NCBI GenBank assembly: GCA_965240325.2
Contig: OZ251255.1
Span: 434,001-498,000, forward strand
Direction: 5' to 3'
Length of the DNA: 64,000 nucleotides
Source: Rebecca billardiae RCC1528
Taxonomy: Eukaryota > Protista > Haptophyta
The notes below the pieces were generated by a model that worked only from the letters and a program-made list of their open reading frames with translations, was not told the DNA's origin and searched no databases. How positions within the stretch are numbered: position 1 is the stretch's first letter; each line of letters begins with the position of its first letter. Positions 1 through 13,203 of this stretch are shown one piece after another. Made by a program: the position numbers and the translations under genes.

Positions 1-3000
1 GCACTTCCACCTGAGAGAGCGTGCGCGCCGTGCTCACCTGCTGGCGCACGTATTCCAGGTGCCGTGGCGGCAACCCGTGCACCTCATCATCGGCGTCGGG
101 CTTCAGGGCGTGGCGCACGGCGACGCTGCGGTGCGTCGCGTAGAGGCGAAAGAGGTTGTCGTGCAGGTCGAGCAGCATCCACACCGGGCCCTGCGCCTTG
201 CGCACCGGCAGCAGCCAGTGCATGAAGGACTCCGCCGGCGCGGACGTCACGTAGCCGCGCAGGGACACCGGCGCGAAGCACGGGAAGAGCTCCTCGCGGG
301 GGATGACGTCGAGGATGCGCTTGGCCGACTCTGGCATCTCCACCCAGGCGGCCTCCCACACCTCCTCGGTCAACGCGTCCACGCACGCGTCGAACACGCG
401 CAGGATGGTGGGCACCTCGTTCGCCGAGTGTGCGTAGCCCGTGATGAAGGTCTGGCGCTTGTGGAACGTGCACAGGAAGAGGTGCCTGCGCGGGCACAGC
501 AGCTTCCACGCGCCGCGCAGGCCCTTCTGGCCGTCCGAGATGGTGACGCCGTTGGGGTCGTCCCACACAGCCGCCCCGCCGAGGTGCTGCATGAGGTATC
601 CGACGTGCGCGCACCACGAGTCCAGGCACTCCACGTCGACGATGTACGACACGCACAAGACGAACAGCTGCCGGTTGGCGTTCACGGCCAGCGTGACGAA
701 GAGCATGCCTGCGTCGCGCGCGTGCGTGCGCGCGGGCAGGTCAGACGGGCGGGCGCTGAGGCGGCACGGACGCACGCGGCGTCGCGAGGGCGTGCCCGGG
801 TGCGGCGGGCGCGCGCACCCGCGCGCTTCGCGCCACCGCTGGCGGGGCGGTGCAGGAAGCACGCGTCGCTGAACGCGGCCGTGTTGCCCTTCGCGTGAAA
901 GTGCTCGCGGTAAAGCGCCTTGGCCTGCTTGGGCACGTAGTGGAAGCCACCCACTGCCTTCTTGCCGCGCACGTCAGCCAGCGCCTTCTGCACCTCCGCC
1001 GCGTCGGGGTTGAAGGCCGCGCGCTGCGCGCCCGCCGGCAGCCCCTGCTGCACCTCGTCGTGCACGCGGCCGAACATGGCCAGCAGCGCGTCCTCGACCG
1101 AGTTCTCGTGGAAGATGATGGGAGCGACCTCGTTGCCCTCCTGCGACAGCGACGCGCACACGGCCACGAGGTCGCGCGACATGGCCGTGTCGTCCCCGTA
1201 GATCTCGGCGCGCGCTTCTTTGTGCGCTCGCGCGATGAGCGATTCACCCATGGGGAGCTCTGCGTCCAGCTGGCGCGCGACCTCTCGTGCTTGCTGCGGG
1301 CCGTAGCACAGCTGCGCGTGCGTGGTCCCGCGCCGGGCCAAGCGCGCCTTCCAGTCCTCGACGATCGCCCGCCCGAGCTCGTGTTGGGAGTACGGCGTCG
1401 TGCGCACGCCCGGCTGGTTGGTCGGGCGCGGCAGCGAGCCGATGGGGTGTTCCTCGGACCCCTTGCCCATGCGCAGGTTGCGGCACATGGAGCCGTGCGC
1501 GACCGAGCGTTGCACGGCCCACGGCGGCGCGCCAAACGTGTCCACGTACTTCGACGGGCCCACCACCACCACGGACGGGCACCCGGGCGTGGGGCATCCG
1601 ATCGTCAGCTTGGCGCGGTCGACGCGCCGCGTCGGCGGCATGGCCCCCCGGTGCAGCGCGCACTCCAAGGCGTGCGTGAGCGCGTCGGCGAGGCGCGGGT
1701 ACACCTGGCGCACCATCGGGGGCTCGAGCAGGGTGGCGTCCGCCTTCACCTGGGAGTACGGGCGCGGCGCCCGCAAGCCCATTTTCCTCCACAGTGCCAG
1801 GGGCCGGAGCTCGAGGCGGTGCGCTGCCGCCGACGTGCTCGCCGAGGTGCTCGACGGCGCGGAGTAGCGGAAGTACCCGGCGTCACCGCCGTGGTGCAGC
1901 GACTCCGGCGCAACAAGCCGGGCGCCGGCCTGGCCGGCGCGGGGCTCGGCGGGACCGGTGGAGGGCGGCTGCGCGCGAGCGACGATGGGTGGACACGGCA
2001 TGAGGGCAGCCAGCGGGTCGCGCGCGCGAGCGGCGTCGCTGTCGGCGGACTCGTCCGCCTGCAGTGCCGCCTGCGCCGCGCGCGCGCGGGCGTCCGCGCA
2101 GTCGTCGTCCGCGATGCCCTCCTCCCAGTCGCGCACGTCGATGGCGGCACTGGCGGGATCGGCGTCCGTGACGAGCGGCTCGCCGCGGGCGTCGGACTCG
2201 CCGACGCGCATCGTCGGCCAGTCCGCGCTCAGGGCGAACAGCGGCGCGTTGCCGCGGGCGGCCGCCGTCGTGTGCGTCCTATGGCCCACGGACGCGTCGA
2301 CGAGGGGCACTCCACCGCGCGCCCATGCGGGCGCCGACTTCTCCGTCGCCAACGCGTCGGCAAGGTGGCCACCGAGGTGGGCACGCTGGCCGGCGTGCAG
2401 GGCCAGGGCGAGGTCCCCGCCGGACAAGAGGCCACCTGCGTGCGGCAGCGCAGGGAGGGCCCTCAGCCGCGCGTCGTCGTCGTCATTGCCGCCGTCGCCA
2501 CCGGAGGCGCCGCGCGGCTGCGGCGGCGCGCGCGAGGCGCAGCCGGGCGGCTGCGCGATCACCGCGCGCGCGCTGCTGCTGTCGAGGGGCGGCCCCGCCG
2601 GGTGGAGTGGCGGGCGCGCCGTCGCGGCGCACACAGCAGCGCCGGGCACCGTCACCGCGACGCAGGGCACGGCGTCGCCCGCAGCGCAGGGTGCGCCCGG
2701 CGCTGGCGTTGCCACGCGAGCGGGCGAAGAGTGCCCATCGCCAGGCCGCGGCGACGCGGGCTCGTGCGCGCCCGGCGCGTCCGAGCTCGAGCTTTGGCGG
2801 GCGCCGGTGTGCCGCAGCGGGGCGGACGCTGCGTCGGGGCGACGCACGGCCGTGGGCGCGCGCGGCCCGACAGCCGGGTCGTCAACGCCATCGGCGCGTG
2901 GGGGCCGCGCGCCCTCGTCAAAGGGGGCGCCCACGTGCGCGCCCGTGCCGTGCGCGGCCGCGGCGGTGGGCGCGCGCCCACCGCCGTCGGCGTGAGGCGC

Positions 3001-6000
3001 GGGGTGGCCGCCCGCAAGCCCCACGACGTGGGGCACGGCAGGCGCCGCTGCGCGCTCATGTGCGAGCTGCGCGCCGTCGGCAGCGCACACGGGCAGCGCC
3101 AGCTGCAGCGCCGACTGCGCCCAGGCCCGCTGCTCGTGGTCCGACGGCGCCTGCTGGCCGTGCGCCGCGGTCGGCAGGTCGACCACCAGGCGGGAGACGT
3201 ACTCGTGGTGCGCAGGCGAGCCGAGCCGGAAGCGGGCGTCAGCGCCAGCGCGCGTGGGCTCAGCCCCCCAGCGCAGCCTGGTCTCAAACGAGTGCTGGAG
3301 CCCGCGCTCGAGGGCGGGCACGAGCCGATACGGCGTGGGAGGCGGGTCGGAGCGCGCCGCGCACGGCGTGGCGGCGGGGCGAGGCGCGCTCGGCGGCGGC
3401 GTGAACGAAGCGCGGAATGTGTCCGCGAGGCCCCGCCCCCCGAATGAGAACACAGCCTTCAGGACGAGCGCGTCCGCCGCACCCTGACGCGTAGGCCTCT
3501 TGCGCGAGGACGACGGCACGGACCCCGAGGACGCGGCGCGCGCACTGGGGGCCGAGCGGTGATGCCACATGGCGGGGAAGATGTGCACTGCACCTGCGCT
3601 TTCCTGCAGGGCAACGTCGCCGTGCAGCGGCACGGCGTCGGCGCGCGCACCGGGGGGGCGCGCGCCGACCGTCTGCAGCGGGAAGGGATTGGTGGGCACA
3701 CTTTGCGGCAAGTGCAAGAGGACCACTGCCGTCCACAGATGGTCCTCGTCGGTCGTGCCGTCGACGTGCCACCCGTACGTCGTGACGTCGCCGTCGTCGC
3801 ACGTGCCGCGGCCCCCGTCGGGCGGACGCATCGGCCGCCCGAAGACATGCCAGGCCGTGAGGTCGAGCGCGTCGAGGCCGCGGACACCGTCAGAGGCGTC
3901 GCCGCGGAACAACGAGCTCACGACGCCCTTCAGCGCCGCCACCACGCGCTCAAAGGCGCGGCACCCCAGCACCGAGCGCGCAGAGGAGCCGTGGTCGCCC
4001 ACCCCCCAGCGCCGCTGCGCGGCCGCCTCGCCGCCCGCGTCCGCGGACTGGTACGCGTGCACCGTGCGCAGGAGGCCGCCACCCTCATCCAGCAAGGGCA
4101 TGGACGCATCGCCGTCCCCGCCGAGGCCTGCGTGCTGCAGCACGTACTCGCGCAACGGGCCAACCAGCACGCCCATGTCCATGTCCAAACGCTGCGGTGC
4201 CGCAGCGGCGGCACCAAACGCGGCCTGCAGCGCGCGCCCAACCGCGGCGTTATGCGCGAGCATGTCGTCGAGGCTGGGCGCGGGCGCCGCCGCAGGCGTC
4301 GGCGCCAGCGCGTCGCCCAGCGGCGGCTCGCCTGCAGGCGGCAGCGCGCGCGGCACCACCACGGCGGAGGCAGGGCGCATCGCGCCCGACGCCGCGCTCG
4401 TCACCTCGTCGCGCCACGGCGCAGCGGCGCCCACGACAGCGTGCGCACCGCACAGCGTCAGCACCAGCGTCACTGGCGGCTGCGAGACGGCCGCGCCGGC
4501 CACGAGGGCCTGCGCGAAGGTGGCGTCGAGCAAGGGGTGCAGACGCGCGCCCTCGCCGACGTGCACCAGCGCGGGCGCGAGCGGGATGACCACTGCCCAC
4601 ACGGTGCGCTCGGCGATGGTGGAGGCGGCCCGCAGCAACGGCCGCGCCAGCCACCCTTCGCGCAGCGAGCCGTCCTCGCACGCGGCCACAAAGGCCGCAA
4701 GACCGGCGTGGCCGTCGGCGACCACGGCAGCACGCAGCCTGACGGCGGCTGCGCGCACGGCGGCGTCACGTCCAGCGGCGGCGCCGGACGTGGCAGCGCG
4801 CGGCGCTCCATCTGCCGCCACCCCTTCGCCGGCCCCCACGACGGCCTGCGAGACGGCGCCGAGCCACGCCAAGCGGGCGCTCTCGAGTTCCGCACGCAGC
4901 TGCTGGTCGCGCCAGCGTGCCTGCTCAGCCGACGCGGGAACGAACGCGCGCGGCTGCGCCGGCACGGGCGCGCAGAGCGCGCGTACGGCAGCGTACGCCT
5001 GCGTGCGCAGCTCCGCCGCTCGCGCACGCAGCGCGTCCGCGCAGAGGCTGCTGCGGCCTGCTGGCCACGACGCCACGCGCTCGAAGGCGACGAACAGAGG
5101 CTCGGACTGGCCAGCGTCCGCGCCGAAGACGGCGCGCGCGTAGTACATCACCGCCTCGGACGGGCATGACAGCGGCGGGCACGGGGGGGGCGCGCCCGTC
5201 CAAGCGCCCGACGGCGCCGCCGCCGCCGCCGTCGTCGCCGGGAGCACGTCGTCGACGCCTCCGCCAGTCCCAGCACCTGGGCGGGCATCCGGACGGGGGG
5301 CGCACAACGCCGCCAGAGCCAGCTTCGTCCGGAACGGAGCGGCGGCCCAGGCCGCACGCACTGCCCACGCGCATGCGCCCTGCGCGTGCTCAGCGGCGCG
5401 TGCGTGCTGCCCTGGGGTCGGCGCCGAGGACGACGGCGACAGCGACTCCGCGCCACCCGAGCGGCGCGCGTGGGACGTGCCTGCGGGCGGCGGCGCCGGT
5501 TTCCCTCCGAGCGCCGCTGCGGACGCCGTCAGTCGCGCCGTCTCCGCGAAACTGCCCTCCTCCGCCAGAGCCCCGTCGGCGGAAGCACCACAGGCAGCGC
5601 GCACGGCGATCTGCGCGACGGCCCTGAACCAAAGGGCCGCCGCGCACACGCGCGCCACCGAGTCCGCGCGCTCACGCAGCGCGTCCGGGTGCGAAGCCAA
5701 CAACTCCGCACACTCCACCACAGTGAGCAGCGCGTCGGCGCCGCTGCCACCCCATACGCGCGGCACTGTGACCTGCGCGGCGGCGGCGCCAAGGCCCACG
5801 TCGGTGCTGTGGACCACGCCGAGGGTGCACAGCACCAGACCAAAGGTGAACCTCCACGGGGCTGCTGCCGAGGAGAACTGCAGCGTGCACAACGCGTCGT
5901 CAGCCGCTGCGATCACCGCGTCCACGAGCAGCAGGTCGTCCTGACTGCTGGGGCCGGCGGACACATGCCGCATGCCCGCCTGCGCGGTACGTGCCAGCAC

Positions 6001-6039
6001 GTGCGGCGGAGAGGCAAACGCAGGCGCGCGCGAGCACAC
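1..6039 (-). mobile_element. Mutator-like (MULE) DDE transposase gene, 3' end runs off the window; long N-terminal extension
   Basis: ORF 682..6039 spliced over GT-AG intron 709..836 continues in frame into an exon from 708 to beyond position 1. The product reads FSDACF (D1) ... GMLFVTLAVNANRQLFVL ... VTISDGQKGLRGAWKLLCPRRHLFLCTFH (D2 and CxxH) ... TSAPAESF (E), the MULE catalytic signature. Upstream CPTPGCP...HGSMC resembles the MuDR/WRKY-type zinc DNA-binding domain. The start codon is uncertain. Confidence 0.85.
3440..3960 (-). other. 2OG-Fe(II) dioxygenase-like domain inside the MULE ORF
   Basis: YGWHVDG (HxD) ... LWTAVVLLHL ... GAVHIFPAMWHHRSAP (distal His) ... VLKAVFSF (basic residue on the last strand). 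Boundaries are approximate. Confidence 0.6.
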
Positions 6040-6797
6040 ACACGGGGCACATCGTCAGACAGGGGACGGGGGCGCATGGGAGTGGTGCGGTGTGCGCGCG
6101 CGCGGCGGCGCACGCCACCAACATCGCTGCCGACCACACACACCCGCCCCGGCCCACCGCGACCTCGCACCATTCACGAATCACGAGTGCGACTTGCCTG
6201 CTCGTCGCGGCCGGCGACCGTCGACGCCTCAGACCGACTCGGATGCGAGAAGGGGGAACTCCTGCGAGGGGAGGCCGCAGGGAACAAGAACGGTCGGTGC
6301 GTGTGCGCGATGCGCCGCGCGCGACCGCGCGGCGCGCGCACGACGCCCGCGCGCGTGGAAGGCGTACCCCCTTAACGTCGTGCTCACGCCCAGCCCTCCC
6401 TCGTGGCGAGCTCGGGAGCAAGTTTTGCGGCGCGCCCCCCGGCGTCGCATTTCTCTAACTAATTGACGAGCAACGTTCCGGCGGCGGTCCGGGCGGGAGG
6501 AGTCGACGGCGTCGTTTCGTCGCGGGTGGGCGTCAGGCTGCGCGCAATACGAAAGTACCCACCCCCGCTCATTAGGGTACTCCGCCCGAATACAAGGCGG
6601 GCGTTCGCGCCGGTTCGCCGCGAGCGGTATCTTCCGCGTTGCGGGCGAGCGGCGCCATTTGCTCGCTCCCGAAGCTTCTGGCCGTCGGAAAACTGGCGGG
6701 GGTGCCAGTCCGGAAATCGCCGTGCTGAGATGCGGAGGTTTGTCGGAGTTCTGGTTGCTCGGTCGGTCCTCGTCGGACTTCCGGAGGATTCCCTTAT

Positions 6798-8786
6798 CGT
6801 TACCGTAACCCGTCCGACACGAGCCGATTTTCGGGGAAATTCTCGCGCGGGCCGCACGAGCGCACAGAAGACGCTACGGTGGCCGCGCAGGCGCCTGACG
6901 AGTGCCCCGGGCATGGGACTGCAACATCCCACCCAGCCTCCCCATCCCTCCGCCCCTCTCTGCCTCGCCGGGTTGCACGCGGCTGGCCGGTCACGTAGCT
7001 CGTGGTGAGCCATTCGTGAGCGTGGAGCCCTGCTGCTCAGTGCGGCGATGCAGCGAGGCGAAGCGGCGCGTAAGATGGCGCATCTTACTCCGAATGCAGT
7101 CTGCTGCCAGCACAGCCGCCCTCGCCGGAGTGCCTGGTCGTCACCTTCGTTGTGTGCACCTGTCGCGCGCTGCTGTGAACAAGCGAAGTCTCAGGCCTCC
7201 CCGGAGCCATTCAAACACGCTCGTCCTCGACGAGGCGTGCGCGAGGCACCGCGCGAGCGCGGGAGCGGCCCTTCCTAGCATACTCCTGCACGGCCATCCA
7301 CCTCGCCACAGCCTGCCATGTCACACTCCTCCCCGCACGCAGTGCTCGCATGCCGCGTGCAAGTCGGTCGACTGACCTGGTAGGAGGGTGCACAGAAATA
7401 TTCGACTGCGAGGAGACGGCAGCGAGCCCACGCGCGCGGCGCCGTCCCGCGCTTCATTGTGCTGTTCTAGACCAGTCGCGCGCCCGCGGCACCGCGCCCG
7501 CCATCTCCGCGTCGCGTGCCAGTCCACGCCGCGCGCGTGGCTCTCGACGTGTGCGTCGAGGGCGTCGTGCGTCCGATTCGTACCCGCATGTATTCAACAA
7601 ATACGACAAATCGCCGAGCTGGACGGAACTTGGTCGCGCGATGGCATGGTCGCGCTGTGTGACGTCGCTCGCCGCAGGAAATTCGGTACGCGACGAGAGC
7701 ACGGCGCACGCGCACGGCGCGGCGTGGGAGGCGGGGCGGTGGTGTCCTCGAGCCATCCCGCCCGCGCCGCGGTGCGCCAGCCGCCACCTCGCCGCGCCGT
7801 GGCCCATGCCGCGCGGCAGGTGTCGACCAGACCGACCTTGCCGCCCAACAGAGGGCCGCGCCGGAAATTCTGTATTTGTTGAATACAGACTTACCCACGT
7901 GCCCGCGATGCGGCGGCGCCCATGGCGGCGGCGTGGCGCGGCGGCGGCGGCGCGGGCAGCCTGACGGGCCAGATAGGGCGCGCCAGGTCGGGGCGATCGT
8001 GATGGGATGGTTCCATACGCATCAGTGCGTGCTCCTGTGCATCTCAAGAGCGCGCTGGGCGCCCTCTCTCGCGCCTATGCCCATCCCGCGCGGTCTGAGA
8101 AGCCTCCCGGTTTGGCCATTGTCGTGCCGTGCTCGGTCGTGGCTGCCCGGCGGGTCGGAGAGGTCGAGGCGAGCCGGGTCGTTCGCGACGGACGATGCCT
8201 ATGGGTCATGGCGAGTGCCAGCACGCAGCTCGGGCGCGCGCCCGGCGCCTCCTCGCCGCGCTACATCCACACCAAGATCTGGCCCAAAAACAGGCTTCAA
8301 GCAGAGCGAAACTCAGTCTGGGAGCTGCTCAGGCCGCTGTGTGCGGTTTGAAAGCGCGCAAACTTGTGGAGCGGGTGCTCACATGGGTTGAGCACAATGC
8401 GACGTTGCGTTTTTCCGCGAAACACCACTTCCTCGCCTCTCCGCGCGCGTGCCGCGCGGCTCCCGTGAAGTCATCTTAACAGGTCACGTGTGGCCGCCCG
8501 TGGAGCGAGGGTGGGCGAGGAGGGGCGGGCGAGGGTGACGCCGCCCCGGGGAACCGCCTTGGCAGGCCGGCCGACGCCTCGCAGCCCCCCTCGCGGCACA
8601 CATGCGCGCACGCCCGCCGCTCGGAGCGCGCCATCGATTCGAATGGGCGTGCGCGCGAACGACCATGCTCAAACGGCTTCGGCCCGATCTTTCCCCACTG
8701 TGGCGGCGCGAAGTGCCGCGAACGCGGCATGAAAAAAAATCCCCCGCATCCCCACTGGGCGGAAGTGCGGACGGGTTACGGTAACG
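6798..8786. repeat. 19-bp perfect inverted repeat pair bracketing about 2 kb of non-coding DNA
   Basis: CGTTACCGTAACCCGTCCG at 6798..6816 and its reverse complement at 8768..8786. No TSD seen. Confidence 0.7.
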
Positions 8787-8835
8787 CCGAAAATCGATTT
8801 CTTTACTGTGCAACAATTCCTGTCGTCTTGAGATA

Positions 8836-9343
8836 CAGGCAATCGCGGGCAATAAGAAGTCAGAGATCTGCCGGCTAGCCTCGGTTTCTTAGCTGTTCGG
8901 TAGCCCGAGCGCCTACGGAGCCTCAGTTTCTTAGGTCCGCCCGCCGCGCAGGCGCGGGGGGCGCAGGGGGGCAGAGCCCCCCCGCCGAGTCTTTAGGCCC
9001 GGCCGGCGAGGCCGAAGAAAATTGTTGGGCCTTTTTGGAGCAAATCTGGCATGATGTTGCATGCTGGGCGTGTGCAGTGGAGCAGCTCCCCAGCAGGACT
9101 GGAGGAGAAGTGACCAGCAAGACGACCAAGTTGACTAGTACAGTAGTCCGCGCGGGCGGCGCCGCGGCGCGCCACGCGTCCCACGCGCCTCGGACCCGAG
9201 CCGCGACGAGTAGTCTCGGTTTCTTAGTGTGACTATGCGTATAGCGAACCAGCCAATCGCTAGCCTCAGTTTCTAGGCCAGATCCGCAGATAGCAAGCCC
9301 CAGTTTCTTAACGTGACAGCTCCTTATTGCCCGCGATTGCCTG
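8836..9343. mobile_element. MITE, Tc1/mariner-type (TA TSD), 508 bp
   Basis: Perfect 21-bp TIRs CAGGCAATCGCGGGCAATAAG (8836..8856 and 9323..9343), flanked by TA on both sides. About 5 internal copies of a CTC(A/G)GTTTCTTAG-like motif. No credible ORF. Confidence 0.9.
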
Positions 9344-10127
9344 TAAGGCTCTCAAACTTCGGAATGTCAATATTCGCCTGAAATGAGCTGGTCAGTCACG
9401 CTGACAATAATAAGTTTTGCGAAAATAAAATGTCACATATACTGGAGATATACGACCTCAATCTCGACGCGATCTCGTCGGCAACATTAGTACATCAGGG
9501 GAGATATACATGCACGATCTGCCAAGGTGATCTCGCTCTGTTTATTGCTGCACCAGAATAGCACCGTCTAGACGATCACATTTTGGCAGTCTGAAATTGG
9601 CACAGGCGGCGGATTCTACACCCTGGAATTAAGCCTTAACGCCTATACTAACTAGTTCGTCCAAGTAAATACCCGCGTGTGATAGTTATATTCATCATGC
9701 TAATAAGAGATTTCGTCGGGCGGATATATATATGAGATTGTGGCACCCGACGAGCGTGTAACGGTCGGCGGAGCTCTGTGACCCCGCCACTCTGACTGAG
9801 CAGCCACCATTCCCCGCTCCGAGCACGGGCGGCGCGCGGTCCCTTGGACGATCACATATGACGGCGGCCAGGCGATGGATCGTCATCATCAGGACTGCTG
9901 ATGGCCAGCAGCCCGCGACGACGTACTACGCTGTGCAATGAACTTATTCGACAGCCATACCGATCATCGGATGCCGGCTCGCAGAGCCGCCGGCGCCGCG
10001 TGGGAGCCCCGGAGCAGTGCAGTGAAGAGGATGCGAGGTCAGACCTCATCGAAGAGAACCGGCCCGGGCCCATCGACCCGGCCCGGACCCACAGCGGGCG
10101 ACCGCTGGCCGTGGCAGCCAGCAGCCG

Positions 10128-11353
10128 TCACGACTGCTGCCGCTGCTGCTGCTGCGGCGGCGCAGCTTCGGCGCGCGCGGCCGCAGCGGCCGCTGTGTCA
10201 GAAGCGGGCGTCGGGGCCGTGCGGCGGCGCAGCCCTCCGCCCGCCCGCCCGAACGCAGCGGCGGCGGCGGCGGTGGCGCCGGACGGCGGCGCGGCCTCGG
10301 CGCCAGCCGCCGCCGCGCCGGCAAGGCCCGGCGTGCCGCCAATGCCGCCCGCGCGCGCGGCGGCAATTGCGGCGGCGGGCGCGGCCGGCGGCGGCTGCGG
10401 CGCGTCGACGGTGGACTGGCAGAGCGGACAGGTGTTCGCCCGGACCAGCCAGCGGCGGATGCACCTGCGACCGCCGAGCGCGCGCGCCGCGAGCGCAGCG
10501 GCAGGCGGCGGCGCGCGGGCCGGGGGCCGGGGGGCGCGTAAGCAGTCGGTCGCGCCGCCGAGGCGCCGCCACCGCGACCAACCGACGGCCACCCGCCGCG
10601 CCATGCCGCGCCGCGCGGAGGTCCGCAGCCAGCCAGCCCTCCGACTCAAACAAGCCCGCGCGCGCGCCCAACCCTACCCCCTACCGCAGCACCCCCGCGC
10701 GCTGCACGCACCCTCCGTGCCCAACCCTACCCCCAACCCTACCCCCACGCGCGCGCGCCGCGCGCGCGCAACGCACCCTTTGTGAAACGCGTGCGCGCAC
10801 GGCAGCACGCTCAGCGCCTCGCCCTGCGCGTAGTCTGCGAGGCAGATGGCGCACGCGCCCGCCGTGCCGAGGCCGAAGGCCGCCGGGGGGCGGTGCCGGG
10901 CGGCGGGCTCGGGCTGGCGGGGTGCGGGGGGGCTGGGCGGCGCGCCAGGACGGAGCGCGCCGCCGCGCGCGGACGGCGGCGGCGGCGGCGCGGCGGCGGC
11001 GGCACCGTTCGCGGTGTGCGGTTGTTGGCTGCCGTCGGCGTCGGCGTCGGACGGCGAGGCCACGCCGCCGGCCGCGCCGCCCTGCAGCGCCGCCGCGCCG
11101 CCGCCGCCGCCGCCCGCGTGCGCGCTCCCCGCCGCCGCGCCCAGCGCCGTGGCGATGGCGGACGCCGCGCTGCCCAGCGTGCTTGCTCGAACGCCGAGCG
11201 CGCCGAGCGCGCGCGCCGCGCTCGGCGGCGGGCCGGGCGCGCACAGCGTCGGCGGCGAGGGCGGCTGCGGGGAGGCGGCGGCGGCGGGGTGCGGCGGCGA
11301 GGGCGGGGTGCTCGGGGGCTGGGGCGAGGCCGCCGTCGCGGCGTCGGCTGGCG

Positions 11354-11384
<31 letters not shown>

Positions 11385-13203
11385 GCCGCCACCGCCGCCG
11401 CCCAGCGCGCGAGCGCTCTGTAGCAGCGCGCCGGCGGCGGCTTGCATGGTCGAGCCCACGCTGCCGCCGCCCGCGGCGGCCGCTGCTGCGGCGGCGGATG
11501 CGGCAGCGGCCGCGCCGGACGCGCCGCCGTCCGCGCTGCCGCCGCCGCCCTCGGCCCACGCCCGCTGCGCACACGGCAGCGCCCGCGCGCCCGCGCCGCC
11601 GCCGCCGTCCGCCCGCTGCGGCGACGGCTGCGGCGGTGTGTAGTAGACTGTGGGCAGGCTCCGGATCACCGACTCCCGGACTCCGCGCCTGGGCGAGGGC
11701 GAGGCGACGCCGCCCACCGCCTCGCACGAGAACGTGTAACAGAACCAGAGGAACGTTACACTGCGCACACACGCACACACACACACACACACACACGCAC
11801 ACACACACGCACACACGCACACACGCACACACGCACACACACACACACGCACACGCACACACACACACCCACAGCGCAGGTGAGCGAGCAGCGAGCAGCG
11901 AGCAGCGCGCAGCCACGAGCGAAGGCGCGGGCGCGGTGGCGTCGGTGAGCTCGCACGTCACTCGTCACCCGCGCCGCACGCGCGCGCGCGCGCTCGCGGC
12001 GCGCGCTCGCGGAGCGGCGCGTGGGCGCACGCAGCCGCTGCCGCGGCACTGGGGTGGGCGGCGGTGGCGGCGGCGGCGGCGCAGGAGCACCACCACCACC
12101 ACGCGCCACAACCCACCGCGCGCGGACGCGCGCGCGCGCGCGCCTGCGCGTACACATAGCGCACGGGGTTGACGGTAAAGATGGCGGCCGAAAGCGCATG
12201 CAGCCACGGCGCCGCGCGCGCGCACGCGCCGCCGTGCCACAGCCAGACCGCGCCGATCACGAACCAGACGCAGTTGAGGAAGCCGAGCGCGCGGTTGCCG
12301 TACCTGCGCACGCGGGGTGTGTGTGCGTGGTGCGTGTGTGTGGGCGGCGGGTGGGTGTGGGTTAGGGTTAGGGTTAGGGTGCGCGCGAGCGCGGCGCGGC
12401 GGTGGGGGGTGCCAGCGGTGGGCGCGGCCCCGGCGGCAGCTGGGCGGCGCCGCCCCCAGCGCAGAGCAACAGCCGCAGCCCGCGGCAGCTGCGTGCGCGG
12501 CTGCACGCATGCACGCGCGCTCGTGCGCGCACGCCCCGCACGCCGCCCCTCACGCCCGCGCGCGCACGGCCCTCCGCCCCCGCCCTCCGCGCAGCCGCAG
12601 CCGCAGCCGCAGCCGCAGCCGCCGACACAGCCGCCGACACAGCCACAGCCACAGCCACAGCCACGGGCACAGGGCGCGGGGCTCGGGGCGCGGGGCTTCG
12701 CACCAGAGGCGGGAGCGACTCAGCTGCAGCAGCCGATGCGCCGCCTGTCTGCCCTGGCGGAGGGTCTCGGCGATGGCGCGGAGGTCGCGGTGGAGGAGGA
12801 GGCGGAAGGGGAGCTGCACCGACTGCAGCGCGAGGTGCAGCCCCACCCACGAGCGCAGCGCCGAGCACGCGCCCGCCTCCCAAGTACGCAGTAGCACCAT
12901 TCCCATAAGTGGAATTAGCGAAAGTGAGTAGACGACCCCGAACGCAATCATCGGGCGGAGGAACTGGAGCGAGGCCTCGGGCGAGCGCGCGAAGAGCTCG
13001 TCCGTCGCGTGCTCATCCACCCCCTCCGGCTCGTCCTCGTCGTCCGGGTCCTCCGCCGCCGCGGCGGCGGGCGGCGGCACGGCGGCGGCGCCCGCCGCGG
13101 CCGCCGAGGCGGCCGCCACGGCGCGCGCCGCGGCGGGCCGCGGCGCCGGGTCGCGCGGCATCGGCAGCGCGTCGGCGACGAGGGTGTCCACCGTCGCGAC
13201 CAT
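10128..13203 (-). CDS. Transmembrane RING-H2 E3 ubiquitin ligase, 4 exons
   Basis: ATG at 13203 (MVATVD). Several TM helices. CAICLADY...LPCAHAFHKG|CIRRWL...CPLC is joined across intron 10465..10776. Other introns are 12304..12703 and about 11761..12153. Confidence 0.88.
11766..11870. repeat. (CA)n microsatellite, intronic
   Basis: Direct reading. Confidence 0.9.
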
